Part shown: positions 1-15,605 of the stretch, piece after piece
Layout of the letters: the number at the start of each line of letters is the position of its first letter
How positions within the stretch are numbered: position 1 is the first letter of the stretch
DNA from: Octopus vulgaris
Taxonomy: Eukaryota
Assembly (NCBI GenBank): GCA_951406725.2
Contig: OX597833.1
Span: 23,684,001-23,748,000 of the forward strand
Length of the DNA stretch: 64,000 nt
Direction of reading: 5' to 3'
The notes under the pieces: model-generated
Database searches by the model: none
What the model saw: the letters and a program-made list of their open reading frames with translations, nothing else
Told to the model about the DNA's origin: nothing
Translations under genes and position numbers: made by a program

Positions 1-280
1 ATTGGAATTTCAACAACATCAACAGGGTATTTTTGCATGTATGTGTGTATATGTGCAGTATTTGGAGTCAGTGCATGTGCAGATTTGTATGTCTTGTTTT
101 ATGTATGTATTCTCATGCATATAGTTGCATGTCTAGACATGCGCATATATGCTTAAATCATAAACTTCTGGATAGTTTTACAGATTTTTACAGTTCCAGT
201 GATGGCTTGGGTCTGTAGTCTTCGAATCAGTTTTCTACTTTCTGGTTTTGAGAAGCCTAACTTCTCAAGATTGGTACGTA

Positions 281-324
<44 letters not shown>

Positions 325-325
<1 letters not shown>

Positions 326-550
326 GTCTTCTTGCCTTGACATCATGTGATAGCTGTGAGTGTCACTGTCATACAAGTGGTGTCCCTTGTTTCCAATCTT
401 CTGCAAAAATATGCCTGGTCATGGGGAAATATTACCTTGCAGGTAAAAGTTGGTGACAGGAAGAGCATCCAGCCATAGAAAATCTGCCTGAAAAATCCCT
501 TCCGACCAATGAAAGCATGGAAAAGTGATGATGATGATGATGATGATGAT
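325..550 (+). mobile_element. Short retroposon remnant with RTE-type 3' tail ending in (GAT)n
   Basis: ggaagagcatccagccatagaaa...agcatggaaaa followed by (gat)n. This matches the 3' end of the RTE LINE at 39360-39510. Confidence 0.6.
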
Positions 551-1012
551 ATATATATATATACAATAACACAGGTGGGTTAAGGTTCACTACAACTGTT
601 TCAGACGTGATCTTTATTGATGAACAAAACAATTACATCATGTAAAAAAAACGTTTTCTTCAGGTGAATTAAGAGTAAAATTTAACATTTAGGATTTTTC
701 ACACAAATAGTATATAATGTGTATTGACCCTCTCATCATGGTTCCAGCTGAGAGAGAGAGTGTTGGATCTTGAGCCTACAGTCGACCGTGGAATATGTAC
801 CAGAGTATACTCCTGTGTGACTTTATGTATTTGGTCAATACTTGTGAATGTTTGCGTAACTGGAAGGACAAATCCGTATTTATTTTGGTAAGTATGCGAG
901 TGTCCGTATGTGAGTGTCCATACACACTTTTAGTGCACAGGTACTCTACCTTAGTGCCTCTGTTATTTAAATACCTCGATTATATCAGATCCTGAAAATG
1001 TTATCATATGTG

Positions 1013-1080
<68 letters not shown>

Positions 1081-1083
<3 letters not shown>

Positions 1084-1240
1084 TCTCTATATATAAAACT
1101 GAAATGCGTTTTCACCGCTTGGATCGCTTTCAAAGCCACTACATCCCAACCGATTTGCTCCAAAATTTACAGGGACATGTAGAATGAGGTGACGATGCCC
1201 GTGGGCTACCTTAGAAATCCCTAGCTTGAAAGGTGTGGTT
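1081..1240 (+). mobile_element. Possible non-autonomous Helitron 5' segment
   Basis: Starts tcttctctatatataaaactg directly after an (AT)n run, which resembles Helitron TC...TATATAAA 5' ends. No 3' CTAG end was identified. Confidence 0.35.
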
Positions 1241-1892
1241 GCTAGGGGCCATCTTCCTCACTCACGCTATTTCCTCCTTTCCCTCTCTTACTCCCCTTCA
1301 TTAATAACTTTGAGTAGTCCACTCCCGTTATTTAATGTATTCCCCTCAACTCCCTTTCACTTTCCCTTTATAAGTTCATCAGGCGGCGTTCTTTGATATA
1401 TCTGTCTGCATTCATAGGGAGAATTATCATCGCTACCAACAACACACAATCATGAGAACAAATATTATGAATCAGATATTCATTGTGTTCATTTACATAT
1501 GTGTGTGTGTGTGTTCGATATATAAATATGTATATATAATATATATATACAAAGTGTATATATCTGTATTTATGTATATTAAACTTTTTAATACTTTTTG
1601 ATAGTTATATATATTTTTAAACAAATTACAAATATAATTTAATAATTTTTATTTTAAATTTAAATAATTTAAATTTTTCAATTTTATATATTTTCTATAT
1701 TATATTTTTATTTTTATGTTTTTTTTTTTTTTTTTTGCCTATTAGTGGTTTTATCTCTAATTTAATTTATACATATATATATATAATTTGTATATATAAT
1801 GCGTGCACACACACACACACATACACATATATATATATAATGTGTGCATTATGTGGTCGGTCGGTTCACCTGAAAATATGCACACCTATGAA

Positions 1893-2955
1893 CCCTTTCG
1901 TTACTATATTTCTGACCAAAATACACCCCTTATGTGTTTCAATTAATTTCTAACATAATCATAAAGTTAGTCTGGTTTCTTTAAACAACTATAACTTTTT
2001 TATTTATCAATATATTAACATGAATTTTGGAAGATAATTTAATGAAATGTTCTCAACCAATTCTATACTATAATTTTTGTCACAAAGTGACTCTAATTGC
2101 AGGTAGATACAGGTAAATTCAACAAAATATAAAATTATTAAAATTTTGTTCAAACATCGCTATAGAAAATGGGTTATTAGCTAATATTCAATTGGGTATA
2201 CAACAAAATTTTACAATAAAATTTGTTATTCTGGGTAACTTTCTGATACCCATAATAATATTTATGGCAAAATAGTCTTAATTTAATTTAAGGTTGTGGG
2301 AAACAACTAACTATCCTTTCTTTCGCTTTGTTTACATTTAGCGTAATGGTTCGTTTCCTCCGTAATGATTTCAAATAGGCTCATTCGAAAAAGTAAAAAG
2401 AAATAGTCTAAGGCTTTACTCTCCTGGGAAAGTCTGTGGCTTGGTCCAGTTTCTTCAGAAAAATCACCGAAAGAAACAGTTTTTAAATTTTTCCTCCATT
2501 CAGGTGCCAATTCATTTTCTTTATCGCTGTTGGAGCTCTCGGATTCACTGTTTTCACTTTCGGAAAATGAAACATCATATTCATTATCAAATACCACGTG
2601 CTTTTTTTTTTTCAGTCATAGAGTTAGATTTATCAAGGTCTTCAGGAGAAAATCCTTCGAATTCTGACTCGCTGCTTGATATGATGAAATTTGTATCCAT
2701 TTTTTGTCAGAATTACAAAGTTTGAAAACACAATAGGAACAAATTTTGGAAAAAAATCTCCCAAAATTCACGGAATTAAAATTACACTTCAATCGTTGTA
2801 CAAAACTGTAGATGAACTGTTTATGAAATATAATCACGTGTTTTCACGAATGTAATAAAGAGATTTGCTCTGATATTCTCATTTAAATATGAATAGGTAA
2901 ATACGGGCGGTCACATTAACCAAAATTTCTTTCGGGCGGTTTGGTAACGAAAGGG
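1893..2955 (-). mobile_element. Internally deleted piggyBac element with PGBD-like N-terminal transposase remnant
   Basis: TIRs ccctttcgttac (1893) and gtaacgaaaggg (ending 2955). TTAA at 2956-2959, with tgaa on the left. ORF 2307-2597 has an acidic tract followed by FSEETGP...ALDYFFLLF...IITEETNHYA, typical of piggyBac transposase N-termini. Confidence 0.85.
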
Positions 2956-3714
2956 TTAAAAGTGCTGGCAAGTTTGCATGACAACTATTTTTTTCCTCAA
3001 ATGAAAGGCGTGACCTCTAGGACAAAATTCCTCATCTTATAAAATGTGGCCCCAGTACACCCGAATGAAATCACGTTATATTAACCAAAAGGTAAAAAGG
3101 GGTATAAATGGGGCTGGAAGGGGAGTAAAATTTAAAGCGGGTGTTTAGGAATTCTCTGTTACATCAAGCTAAAAAATTTGCGCCAGCCTTTTAATCTTCA
3201 ATGTGTTGCCGTCCATGATGAAGAGGTTTTGAATGCTTGCCATGGTGAGTCTACTGTTGTGAAAAAGAATCACTTCAAAACTTGGTGTTTACGAATTTTC
3301 TTTTACATCAAGTTCAAAATTTTATGCCAGCCATTAAACTGTCAAAACGTTGCTGTCCGTCGTTAAGAAAAGCCAGCCATGCTGACTCTACTACCCTCAG
3401 ATTCTATCCCTTCAAACTTTGCTTTCCAATATTTTATTATTTTTATTCAGCTCGCAAGTTCGTCTGTCCCTTTTAAATGTTAGTGTTTTGCTGTCTGCCT
3501 TGAAGCAGACCTTTCCGTTGCCACTGCCTGATATTTATGATTGATCTTTCTAAATATTTTATTTCTCAACTTACTCAAGATCTTTTGTTGTTTATAAATG
3601 GGAGAGAGATAGATAAATATAGAGAGTAAGAGAAAGCGAAGGAGAGTCCGAGAGAAAGGAAGAGTAAGAGAGGGGAAGTGAGAGAGAAAGGAGAGAGAAA
3701 CAAAGAGGGAGAAT

Positions 3715-3975
3715 CATCATAATCATCATCATCATCATCGTTTAACGTCCATTTTCCATGCTAGCACGGGTTGGACAGTTTGACCGGGGTCTGGGAAGCC
3801 AGGAGGCTGCACCAGGCTCCAGTCTGATCTGGCAGTGTTTCTACAGGTGGATGCCCTTCCTAACGCCAACCACTCTGTGAGCGTAGTGGGTGCTTTTTTC
3901 ATGCCGCCGGCACAGGTGCCAGGGGGGCTAGCAACGGCCATGAGCGGTTGGTGCTTTTTACGTGCCACCAGCACA
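3715..3975 (-). mobile_element. RTE 3'-end derived short element
   Basis: (cat)n cgtttaacgtcc...ggatgcccttcctaacgccaacc...ggtgctttttacgtgccacc is the reverse complement of the RTE 3' UTR at 39290-39500. Confidence 0.8.
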
Positions 3976-4290
3976 GGGGGAAGGGGAGACAGAGCAAAAG
4001 AGACGAAGGGGGGGTGCTTGAGGTTTGTGAATTCAATCTCAAGTTTTCAAACTTCATTGTTCACTGGAACTACACATCAGCAACAACAACATCATCAAAA
4101 ACAACAGCAATTTTTCATCTAATACCCCTCCACCCACCTGACAGTTGTAAGTGTGTATTCAATTGTAATATAATATTACACAAACACACACACGTTCATA
4201 CACTTTACACACACTCACAAACACACATGTGCACCATGTTAGCTGAAGTAAACACATACATATATACACACACAAACACACATATATATA

Positions 4291-4346
<56 letters not shown>

Positions 4347-4867
4347 TGTATATATTATACACACACATGTGCATGAGTCTTTGTGTAGATGTGTGTGTGT
4401 GTGTTATCTTCAGCCAATGTAGAGTCTCAATTTACACACTCTCATATAATACATAATACACACACACACACACAGACCACACATTAAATAACACAGATAC
4501 ATAAACTTACATTCCACTATACATATATACATATGTACACATACAAATCATACATATATACATACAGACCACACACAATGCATACACACCCAGACCTAAA
4601 TGTACACAGATCAAATATCTCATCCAGAGATTTTCCCTCCACCATTTTTATTATTATTATTGTCGCAGGAGAACTTCCTATGTCTGGATGACAAATAAAT
4701 TTGTCACAGCCAGCCAACAGCAGAAGTACACTCTCCATCTCAAACATAAACTCACACATATGCATGCGTGTGTGTATACACACACACACACACATATATA
4801 CATACATGCATACACACACACATGCGCACACACACATGCACACGCACGCACACACACACACACACAT

Positions 4868-4967
4868 NNNNNNNNNNNNNNNNNNNNNNNNNNNNNNNNN
4901 NNNNNNNNNNNNNNNNNNNNNNNNNNNNNNNNNNNNNNNNNNNNNNNNNNNNNNNNNNNNNNNNNNN
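4868..4967. other. Assembly gap (100 N)
   Basis: Run of 100 N flanked by (CA)n and (TGAT)n. Confidence 1.
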
Positions 4968-7900
4968 TGATTGATTGATTGATTGATTGATTCTAGTTTC
5001 AGCTTATGAGCTGTGGCCATGCTGGGGCACCGCCATTTGGTGTTGCTACTTGGTTTTCACTTCATGGAGGCTTTCTAGCAACTGCCTATTTGGTGCATGA
5101 GAGAGTTCGATGCAGCTGCCCTCATCTGCACCTCCTGCCGTGAAGTTGGTTCATCTGGGACACCTGACAGGAAGAGATCCAGTTTCATTTTAAAGACATC
5201 TGTATCCACCCCATGCAGGTCTCTCAGGTTCTTCGGGAGGATATTGAAGAGCTGTGGGCCTCGGAAGCCCAGGCTATCACAGAATCTTGTCCTACATCTT
5301 GATGGCAGGTTTGGAGTCCTAGGCACCACGCAGTGGCGCCCAGTTCTGGCATTTGCGTAACTCTCGATGCCAAAGTTTCAGGACACTTCCCTCCAGGATC
5401 TTCCAGATGTATATTATGGCATATCTTTCCCGCCTACGCTCCAGGGAATATAATTTTAATCTCTTGAGTCTTTCCCAGTAGCTTACATTCTGCATAGAGG
5501 CTATCTTCTTCGTGTAGCTTCGTTGGATCGCCTCAAGTTCTGTGATCAACTTGACACTGGATGGTGACCATAAGCTGAGAGCAATAGTCAAAGTGGCTTA
5601 GGACAAGTGTCCTTCCAGAGGACCATCATGGTTTCTTGTTCTCTTGTTCTAAAGGTTCTAAGAATCCATCCAGCCAGCCGTCTACATTTCATTGTCAGTT
5701 TAGCAACATGTACATGAAAGGTCGCGTCATCACTCATGTGAATACCTAGGTCACGCACTGATTGTGCCTCTGGGATTGCAATCCTCCGGGTCCAGTGTAT
5801 TCATTGGGTATTGCATTTCAGTTTTGCATGCTGATAGTATAAAGCTTGAAACTTTCCAGCATTGAACTGCATGCTATTCTTTTCAGCCCACTTGTATATT
5901 TCGTCCAGCTCACATTGCAGGTGTTTAGTGTCCTCAGGGTTCTGTATTGCCTGTGAAACTTTTGTATCATCTGCATAACTTGTGATCGTGGCTCTCTGCG
6001 TGGCTGAGGGCATGTCTGAGAGGGCCATTATGAACAGTAGTGGTCCCAGAACAGTGCCCTGCGGGAACACCGCTCACTATTTGCGTGTTAATGGAAGTGG
6101 CCCCATTGGCTACTACCACCTGACTTCTATCTTTCAGAAAGTCATGGAGCCATTCTCCCAGTTTTCCAACTATGTTGAGATCACGCAGTTTGTGACATAT
6201 CATTCCATGATCGACTTTATCAAAGGCCTTTGCAAAGTCGAGATATATCACTTCCACATTTGAGTGGTTGAGCAGCCGTTTCAGCACCCAGTCATAGTGT
6301 TGTAGGAGCTGAGTTAAACAGCTTCTCCCTGGTCGGAAACCATGTTGGGTGTCGGGCAGCAAGTCATTCTCTTCAAGGAAGGTGATCAGCTTCCTTCTGA
6401 CTATTCGTTCCATGACCTTGCTGATGTGTGAGGTCAGAGAGATAGGTCTGTAGTTCTTGGCTTCCGCTCTGCTACCTCCTTTATGAATGGGGCATATTTT
6501 ACCTTCCTTCAGTTTTCTTGGAAGTTTGCCAGCTGCAAGGAAGCTCTGAAAGAGGAACTGCAGTGGTCTTGCTAGGACTCTCTTACATGCTTTTAGGAGG
6601 ATTGCCGGGAATCCATCGGGGCCAGTAGCTGAGTCTGTTTTCATTTCATCTATAGCCTTGATTACATCGTCTTCCTTTATATCGATGTAATCTATCGTCG
6701 CCGCCTCTGATTTTATATCTGCAGTGGTAAAAAAGTCAGTTGGATTGGTGATTTGGAGATGCCCAAGGGGTGGAGTGAAAACACTCTTGAATTGCTCATT
6801 CAGTATTTCACTTACCCTCATTGGTTTTCCTGTAAGTGTGCCATCCTTTTCGAGGAGTGGCCCTATTCTACAGTGCACCGTAGCTGTTTCTTTGGCATAC
6901 CTGTAGAAAGCTCTGGGGTTAGATTTTATGTTGTCTATAGCCCAGGCTTCTTTGTCTGCTCTTTCTTTTTCATGGAGAGAGTTGCAGACATTTTTCGATT
7001 TCCAACAGTTTTATTTTTAGGCGGGACTTTTCACTGCTTTCAATCTGTTTGTTTAGGCGATTTGAAAATTTTGTACGCCGTCTCATTAAAATTTTCCTCT
7101 CTCTGGGGATTTTGTTCTTGTGTACAGTGGCCTTTCTCTCTGGGACACATTTGTAGCATATGGCTTGCATTACAGACATGAATTGTTGAAGTTTCACGTC
7201 GATGTCTGGCGAGGAGAGACATTTAGGCCAGTTTTGTTTGAGGATCTCTTTCTCAATTTGTTTCCAGTTTGCCTTATGGTAGTTCAAGCTGGAAAGATTT
7301 TGAGGGTTTCTTGTAGGCTGCATGTCCGTGCTCTCTTTTGGCCCGTACTCTTTTGGTCAGCTCTATCATGTTGTGATCCGAGAGTAGTGTCGGTGTCACT
7401 TTCACATTATGGATGAGATCCATGTCATTTGTGAAGCAGAGATCCAGTGTGTTACCTGCCCTGGTTGGTTGGAGTATTACCTGCTCCATGTACAGGGTGT
7501 TGATGAGGTTCAGGAGGGACCTCGCCTGTCCTCGTTCACATCTTGTCATTCCTGGGAGAGAAAGGCCCTCGGGCCATCTGACATTGGGCAGATTGAAGTC
7601 TCCCATAAGAAGTACACCTTATGTGTTGTTCTAATGTGGTTAGAATTTCTTCTATTTTTATAAGGCAGTCTTCAAACTTGCCCACATGGCTTGGGGCATC
7701 TGGAGGGCGATATGTAGCACACACAACTACATCAAGTTGCCTAATATGTACAATTAGTGTGTCACACACCGAGTTTGAGTATGACAAGAGGACCTGGGGT
7801 GTGAGGTCCTCACGGATGTACATAGCAACACCTCCATGACTCCTTTCTTTTCTGTCGGTCCGTAGTACAGCATACTGTGGTATGTGTAACTCCGCATCTG

Positions 7901-9230
7901 CTATGTCCGGTTTCAGGTGCGTTTCTGTAAGTGCTATGCATAAGGCTTGATTGCATGCAACAAAGTCTCTCAGGAACGGGATCTTTGTCCTGTTACTGAG
8001 TGTTTGCAGTCCTCTGATGTTCAGTAGGAGCATCGAGGTGAGGTACGTTGTTGCCGGCGGTGTCCATCCTGGGTCTGTTTGCTGTGGTGGTCTTGGTATA
8101 TAGTGGGTAGTCCCACCTGCGGGCTTGGGTTTGATGAAGTTGCCAGGTCAGCTGCTGTACAATCTTTTGTGCCATGCACAAAAAAGATTGTTGCTCAGCA
8201 GCTGCCCTTTCGACAACATCATGTTGGCGGTTTGTGGCGCGCACAACATCTGCGTACCTCCGCTTTGGGGCAGGTGGTGCGTGGTCCATCCTTTTTCCTT
8301 TGTGTTGATGGTTTGTCCATCTGCCTCGTGTCTCTGTGGCAGGGTCCCCGATGTGCAAAGCGGCAGCCTGCACCTTCCTTTCCATGCCAGCAGGAACCTC
8401 TCAGGTAGAACATACACACCCGTGTGCGCTGTTTGGTTTCCATCTTTTGCGGTTCCACTTCTATTCCTGGTTGTTTCACCCTTTGGTCCTGCTTGAGCTT
8501 TTCCTTTAGCTCTTCCAGTCCTTCTTTTAGTTCTTCCTCCTCCCTCTACCTCTTCACCGGGTTCTCCGTCTCCATGGCCCTTGCTGCCGGTTGGAGAACT
8601 TGCACCTGGGATCACTACCCGGGCAGGTCACTCAAACCTCCTCCCGGGAATCCACCAGGTGGGGGTGACTATATATATATCGTCTCCATATCTTGCCATC
8701 TTTGCCCTGCTATATATATATATGGCATCAAGTGCGCCAATGTGCGACCGGTATACGGTTATATATATACATGGATGACACAGGCGCCCTATGGCTATAT
8801 ATATATGTATATATATATATATACAATATCAGCAAGCGTGGAAAATAATTATATATATTATAATAATATGTATGAACAAGTGGCCGATGGAAATATATGG
8901 CTGAGGCAGCAAGTCGCAAGAGGGTAAGAGATATATATATATATATGTAGGGGACCAAGGATATATAGGCGAGGACAGAAGCAGTGACCGAGAGAGAGAG
9001 AGGAGAGAAATCAGAGAAGAAGCAGTGATCAAGAGAGAGAGGGAGAGAAGGAATCAGAGAGGCTGGGAGAAAAAGGCGCCAAAACAATTTGGCAACGAAG
9101 CAATGGCGAAGGAAAGAAAATAGTTTAAAGACATCGTGCAGGGGTTATATATATATATATGATATAACATAAAGAAGTTATTATGCACGTACGCTGCGAA
9201 ATATATAATAAATATGTACATAAATAACTA
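4968..9230 (-). mobile_element. Near full-length CR1-group LINE (CCCH finger, APE endonuclease, RT), frameshifted
   Basis: Minus-strand ORF pieces give CMFYLRGSCWHGKEGAGCRFAH (CCCH), LNIRGL..LTETHL..YRPP..GDFN..LDL..SDH (APE), GPDG..NYRPISL..QHGF..YLDFAKAFD..PQGTVLGP..YADD (RT) and SLERRRERY..FKMKLD (C-terminus). The 3' tail is (CAAT)n. Confidence 0.95.
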
Positions 9231-9235
9231 ACGTG

Positions 9236-9400
9236 AAATACACGAAGGGACGAACAAAAAGACAAACGGGTCATTCAAAGCCTTCATCCTCAGTCAGAAA
9301 ATATATCATCGCAGATTTCGGCTGTTTAATTCTGAGATCCGCTCCGAATCAGCCAGCCACAGAAGGAAAGAATGCAACGCAACAGAGACGAATATGAAAC
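9236..9400. repeat. About 165-bp Penelope-like terminal remnant, recurring at about 10455-10625 and 14840-15008
   Basis: Three near-identical copies of acacgaagggacgaac...gatttcggctg...acagagacgaa. Related to the inverted-repeat remnant at 24555-24670. Confidence 0.55.
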
Positions 9401-9610
9401 ACACACACACATATATATACATACACACACACACATATATATACATACACACATACATATATATATATATTTATATAATAAACCTTTATATAAATAAATA
9501 ATAACATATATATATATATATATATACATACACACACACATATATATACATACACACATACATATATATATATATGTATATAATAAACCTTTAGATAAAT
9601 AAATAATAAC

Positions 9611-9641
<31 letters not shown>

Positions 9642-9938
9642 TATATATATATATGTATATAATAAACCTTTGGATAAATAAATAATAACATATATATATA
9701 TATATACATACACACACACATATATATACATGCAAACACAAACATATATACATACACACACACACACATATATACATACACACATACATATATATATATA
9801 TGTATATAATAACTATGTGTAGATAATTAAATAATAACACATATATATATATATATACACATACACACACACATATATATACATACACACATATATATAT
9901 ATATGTATATATAAACCTTTAGATAAATAAATAATAAC

Positions 9939-9969
<31 letters not shown>

Positions 9970-10387
9970 TATATATATATGCATATAATAAACCTTTAGA
10001 TAAATAAATAATAACATATATATATATATATACATACACACACACATATATACACATACACACACACATATATACATGCACACACACACACATATATATA
10101 CACACACACACACATATATACATACATACTTATACACAAACATATATATATATATATACTTACACACACACACACACATATATATACATACACACACAAA
10201 CACACATATATATACATACACACATATATATATATACATACACACACACATACATATATACATACACACACATATATACATACACACACACACACATATA
10301 TATATATACATACACACACACATATATATATACATACACACATATATATATATACATACATACATACATACACATATATACATACAT

Positions 10388-10429
<42 letters not shown>

Positions 10430-10440
10430 AACATTTACAT
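9400..10440. repeat. Compound (AT)n/(AC)n microsatellite with interspersed tataataaacctttagataaataaataataac unit
   Basis: Read directly from the sequence. Confidence 0.9.
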
Positions 10441-10644
10441 AAATAAATAACGTATAAATACACGAAGGGACGAACATAAAAGACGGGTCATTCAAAGCCT
10501 TCATTCTTCAGTCAGAAACTGATCCCTCATCGCAGATTTCGGCTGCTCAATTCTGAGATCCGCTCCGAATCAGCCAGCCACAGAAGGAAAGAATGCAACG
10601 CAACAGAGACGAACATGAAACGAAAAATCTTTTTTGGAGACATG

Positions 10645-13600
10645 ATTGATTGATTGATCGATTGATTCTAGTTTCAGCTTATGAGCTGTGGCCATGCTGG
10701 GGCACCGCCATTTGGTGTTGCTACTTGGTTTTACTTCACGAAAGCTTTTTAGCAACTGCCATTTGGTGCATGAGAGAGTTCGATGCAGCTGCCCTCATCT
10801 GCACCTCCTGCCGTGAAGTTGGTTCATCTGGGACACCTGACAGGAAGAGATCCAGTTTCATTTTAAAGACATCTGCATCCACCCCATGCAGGTCTCTCAG
10901 GTTCTTAGGATATTGAAGAGCTGTGGGCCTCAAAGCTGAGGCTATCACAGAATCTTGTCCTACATCTTGATGGCGAGTTTGGAGTCCCAGGCACCACGCA
11001 GTGGCATATATGCATTTGCGTAACTCTCGATGCCAAAGTTTAGGACACGTCCCTCCAGGATCTTCCAGATGTATATTACATATCTTTCCTGCCTACGCTC
11101 CAGGGAATACAGTTTTAATCTCTTTATATTTCCCAGTAGCTTACATTCTGCATAGAGGCTATCTTCTTCGTGTAGCTACGTTGGATCGCCTCGAGCTCTG
11201 TGATCAACTTGACACTGGATGGTGACCATAACTGAGAGCAGTAGTCAAAGTGGCTTAGGACAAGTGTCCTCCAGAGGACCATCATGGTTTTTGTTCTCTT
11301 GTTCTAAAGGTTCTGAGGATCCATCCGGCCAGTCTTCTACATTTCATATGCCAATTTAGCAACATGTACACGAAAGGTCGCGTCATCACTCATGTAAATA
11401 CCTAGGTCACGCACTGATTGTGCCTCTGGGATTGCTATTCCTCCGGGTCCGGTGTATTCATTGTATTGCATTTAGTTTTGCATGCTGATAGTATAGAGCT
11501 TGAAACTTTTCAGCATTGAACTGCATGCTATTCTTTTCAGCCCACTTGTATATTTTGTCCAGCTCACATTGCAGGTGCTTAGTGTCCTCAGGGTTCTGTA
11601 TTGCCTGTGAAACTTTTGTATCATCTGCATAACTTGTGATCGTGGCTCTCTGCGTGGCTGAGGGCATGTCTGAGGGCCATTCATGAACAGTAGTGGTCCC
11701 AGAACAGGCCCTGCGGGACACCGCTCACTATTTGCGTGTTAATGGAAGTGGCCCCATTGGCTACTACCACCTGACTTCTATCTTTCAGAAAGTCATGGAG
11801 CCATTCTCCCAGTTCTTCCAACTATGTTGAGATCACGCAGCTGTGACATATCATTGCCGATCGACTTTATCAAAGGCCTTTGCAAAGTCGAGATATATCA
11901 CTTCCACATTTGAGTGGTTGAGCAGCCGTTTCAGCACCCAGTCATAGTGTTGTAGAGCCAAGTTGAGCTTCTCCTCTGGCATGTTGGGTGTAACTCTCGA
12001 TGCCAAAGTTCAGGACACTTCCCTCAAGGAAGGTGTATAGCTTCCTTCTGACATATCTTTCCATGACGCTTGAGGTGAGGTCAGAGAGATGTCTGTAGTT
12101 CTTGGCTTCCGCTCTGCTACCTCCTTTATGAATGGGGCATATTTTACCTTCCTTCAGTTTTCTTGGAAGTTTGCCAGCTGCAAGGAAGCTCTGAAAGAGG
12201 AACTGCAGTGGTCTTGCTAGGACTCTCTTACATGCTTTTAGGAGGATTGCCGGGAATCCATCGGGGCCAGTAGCTGAGTCTGTTTTCATTTCATCTATAG
12301 CCTTGATTACATCGTCTTCCTTTATATCGATGTAATCTATCGTCGCTGCCTCTGATTTTATATCTGCAGTGGTAAAAAAAGTCAGTTGGATTGGTGATTT
12401 GAGATGCCCAAGGGTGGAGTGAAAACACTCTTGAATTGCCTCATTCAGTATTTCACTTACCCTCATTGGTTTTCCAGTGTAAGTGTGCCATCCTTTTGGG
12501 AGTGGCCCTATTCTACAGTTTTGCATAGCTGTAGTATAAAGCTCTGGGGTTAGATTTTATGTTGTCTATAGCCCAGGCTTCTTTGTCTGCTCTTTCCTTT
12601 TCATGAGAGAGTTGCAGACATTTTTCGATTTCCAACAGTTTTATTTTTAGGCGGGACTTTTCACTGCTTTCAATCTGTTTGCTTAGGCGATTTGAAAATT
12701 TTGTATCATCTCATTAAAATTTTCCTCTCTCTGGGGATTTTGTTCTGTGTACAGTGGCCTTTCTCTCTGTGACACATTTGTAGCATATGGCTTGCATTAC
12801 AGACATGAATTGTTGAAGTTTCACGTCGATGTCTGGCGAGGAGAGACATTTAGGCGTTTTGTTAATGGAAGTGGATCTCTTTCTCAATTTGTTTCCAGTT
12901 GCCTTATGGTAGTTCAAGCTGGAAAGATTCTGAGGTTTCTTGTAGGCTGCATGTCCGTGCTCTCTTTTGGCCAACTACTGCCTTTTGGTCAGCTCTATCA
13001 TGTTGTGATCCGAGAGTAGTGTCGGTGTCACTTTCACATTATAGATGAGATCCATGTCATTTGTGAAGCAGAGATCCAGTGTGTTACCTGCCCATTTGGT
13101 TGGTTGGAGTTGTTTACCTGCTCCATGTACAGGGTGTTGATGAGGTTCAGGAGACCTCGCCTGTCCTCGTTCACATCTTGTCATTCCTGGGAGAGAAAGG
13201 CCCTTGGGCCATCTGACACTGGGCAAGATTGAAGTCTCCCATAAGAAGTACACTTAGTTGTTCTAATGTGGTTCCATGACCTTCTGATTTTTATAAGGCA
13301 GTCTTCAAACTTTGCCCACATGGCTTGGGGCATCTGGAGGGCGATATGTAGCACACACAACTACATCAAGTTGCCTAATATGTACAATTAGTGTGTCACA
13401 CACCGAGTTTGCCAGTATGACAAGAGGACCTGAAAGGGTGTGAGGTCCTCACGGATGTACATAGCAACACCTCCATGACTCCTTTCTTTTCTGTCGGTCC
13501 GTAGTACAGCATACTGTGGTATGTGTAACTCGCATCTGCTATGTCCGGTTTCAGGTGCTGACGTGTGCTATGCATAGGCTTGATTGCATGCAACAAAGTC

Positions 13601-14810
13601 TCTCAGGAGCGGATTTTTGTCCTGTTACTGAGTGTTTGCAGCCCTCTGATGTTCAGTAGAAGCATCGAGGTGAGGTGTACGTTGTTGCCGGCGGTGTCCA
13701 TCCTGGGTCTGTTTGCTGTGGTGGTCTTGTATATAGTGGGTAGTCCCACCTGCGGGCTTGGGTTTGATGAAGCCAGGTCAGCTGCTGTACAATCTTTTGT
13801 GCCATGCACAAAAAGATTGTTGCTCAGCAGCTGCCCTTTCGACAACATCATGTTGGCGGTTTGTGGCACGCACAACATCTGCGTACCTCCGCTTTCAGGT
13901 GGTGCGTGGTCCATCCTTTTTCCTTGTGTTGATGGTTTGTCCATCTGTAGCCGTGTCTGTGGCAGGGTCCCCGATGTGCAAAGCGGCAGCCTGCACCTTG
14001 CTTTCCATGCCAGCAGGAACCTCTCAGGTAGAACCTACACACCCGTGTGCGCTGTTTGTTTCCATCTTTTGCGGTTCCACTTCTATTCCTGGTTGTTTCA
14101 CCCTTTGGTCCTGCTTGAGCTTTTCCTTTAGCTCTTCCAGTCCTTCTTTTAGTTCTTACTCCTCCTCTACCTCTTCACCGGGTTCTCCGTCTCCATGGCC
14201 CTTGCTGCCGGTTGGAGAACTATACCTGGGATCATACAGGTTATATCACTCAATATATATCCCGGGATATCCACCAGGTATACTTCTTTCATCGTCTCCA
14301 TATCTTGCCATCTTTGCCCCGCTCGTTCTCAATATATGGCATCAAGTGCGCCAATGTGCGACCGGTAATATATATATAACATGGATGACACAGGTATATG
14401 GCTTTATATACAAAAAGAGACACAAAAACAATATCAGCAAGCGTGGAAAAATAATTACCTTTTCGGTGATAAGACACACACACAAGTGGCCGATGGAAAG
14501 AGAATGGCTGAGGCAGCAAGTCGCAAGAGGGTATAGAGAGAGGAGGGGCTAAGAGAGAGAGGGGACCAATATAGAAGGTGAGGACAGAAGCAGTGACCGA
14601 GAGAGAGAGAGGGAGAGAAGGAATCAGAGAAGAAGCAGTGATCATATAGAGAGTAGGGAGAGAGAATATATATAGATAAAGGCGCCAAAACAATTTGGCA
14701 ACGAAGCAATGGCGAAGGAAAGAAAATAGTATATAAAGACATCGTGCAGGGGTTTTGATATGATAAACATAAAGAAGTTATTATGCACGTACGCTGCGAA
14801 ATATATAATA
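10645..14810 (-). mobile_element. Second copy of the same CR1-group LINE, heavily indel-ridden and chimeric
   Basis: Collinear with 4968-9230 and highly similar, with many small indels and misplaced segments. Confidence 0.9.
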
Positions 14811-15007
14811 AACCTTTACATATATATATACATATATATAATACACGAAGGGACGAACAAAAAGACAAACGGGTCATTCAATAGCCTTCATCCTCAGTCA
14901 GAAACTGATCCCTCATCGCAGATTTCGGCTGTTTAATTCTGAGATCCGCTCCGAATCAGCCAGCCACAGAAGGAAAGAATGCAACGCAACAGAGACGAAC
15001 ATGAAAC

Positions 15008-15602
<595 letters not shown>

Positions 15603-15605
<3 letters not shown>

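Noticed and set aside
2307-2597. Domesticated PGBD gene
   Set aside because: Only an N-terminal remnant inside TIRs remains, and the catalytic DDD core is deleted.
5075-8479. Programmed frameshifting in the LINE
   Set aside because: Frameshift positions differ between copies, which fits mutation or sequencing error.
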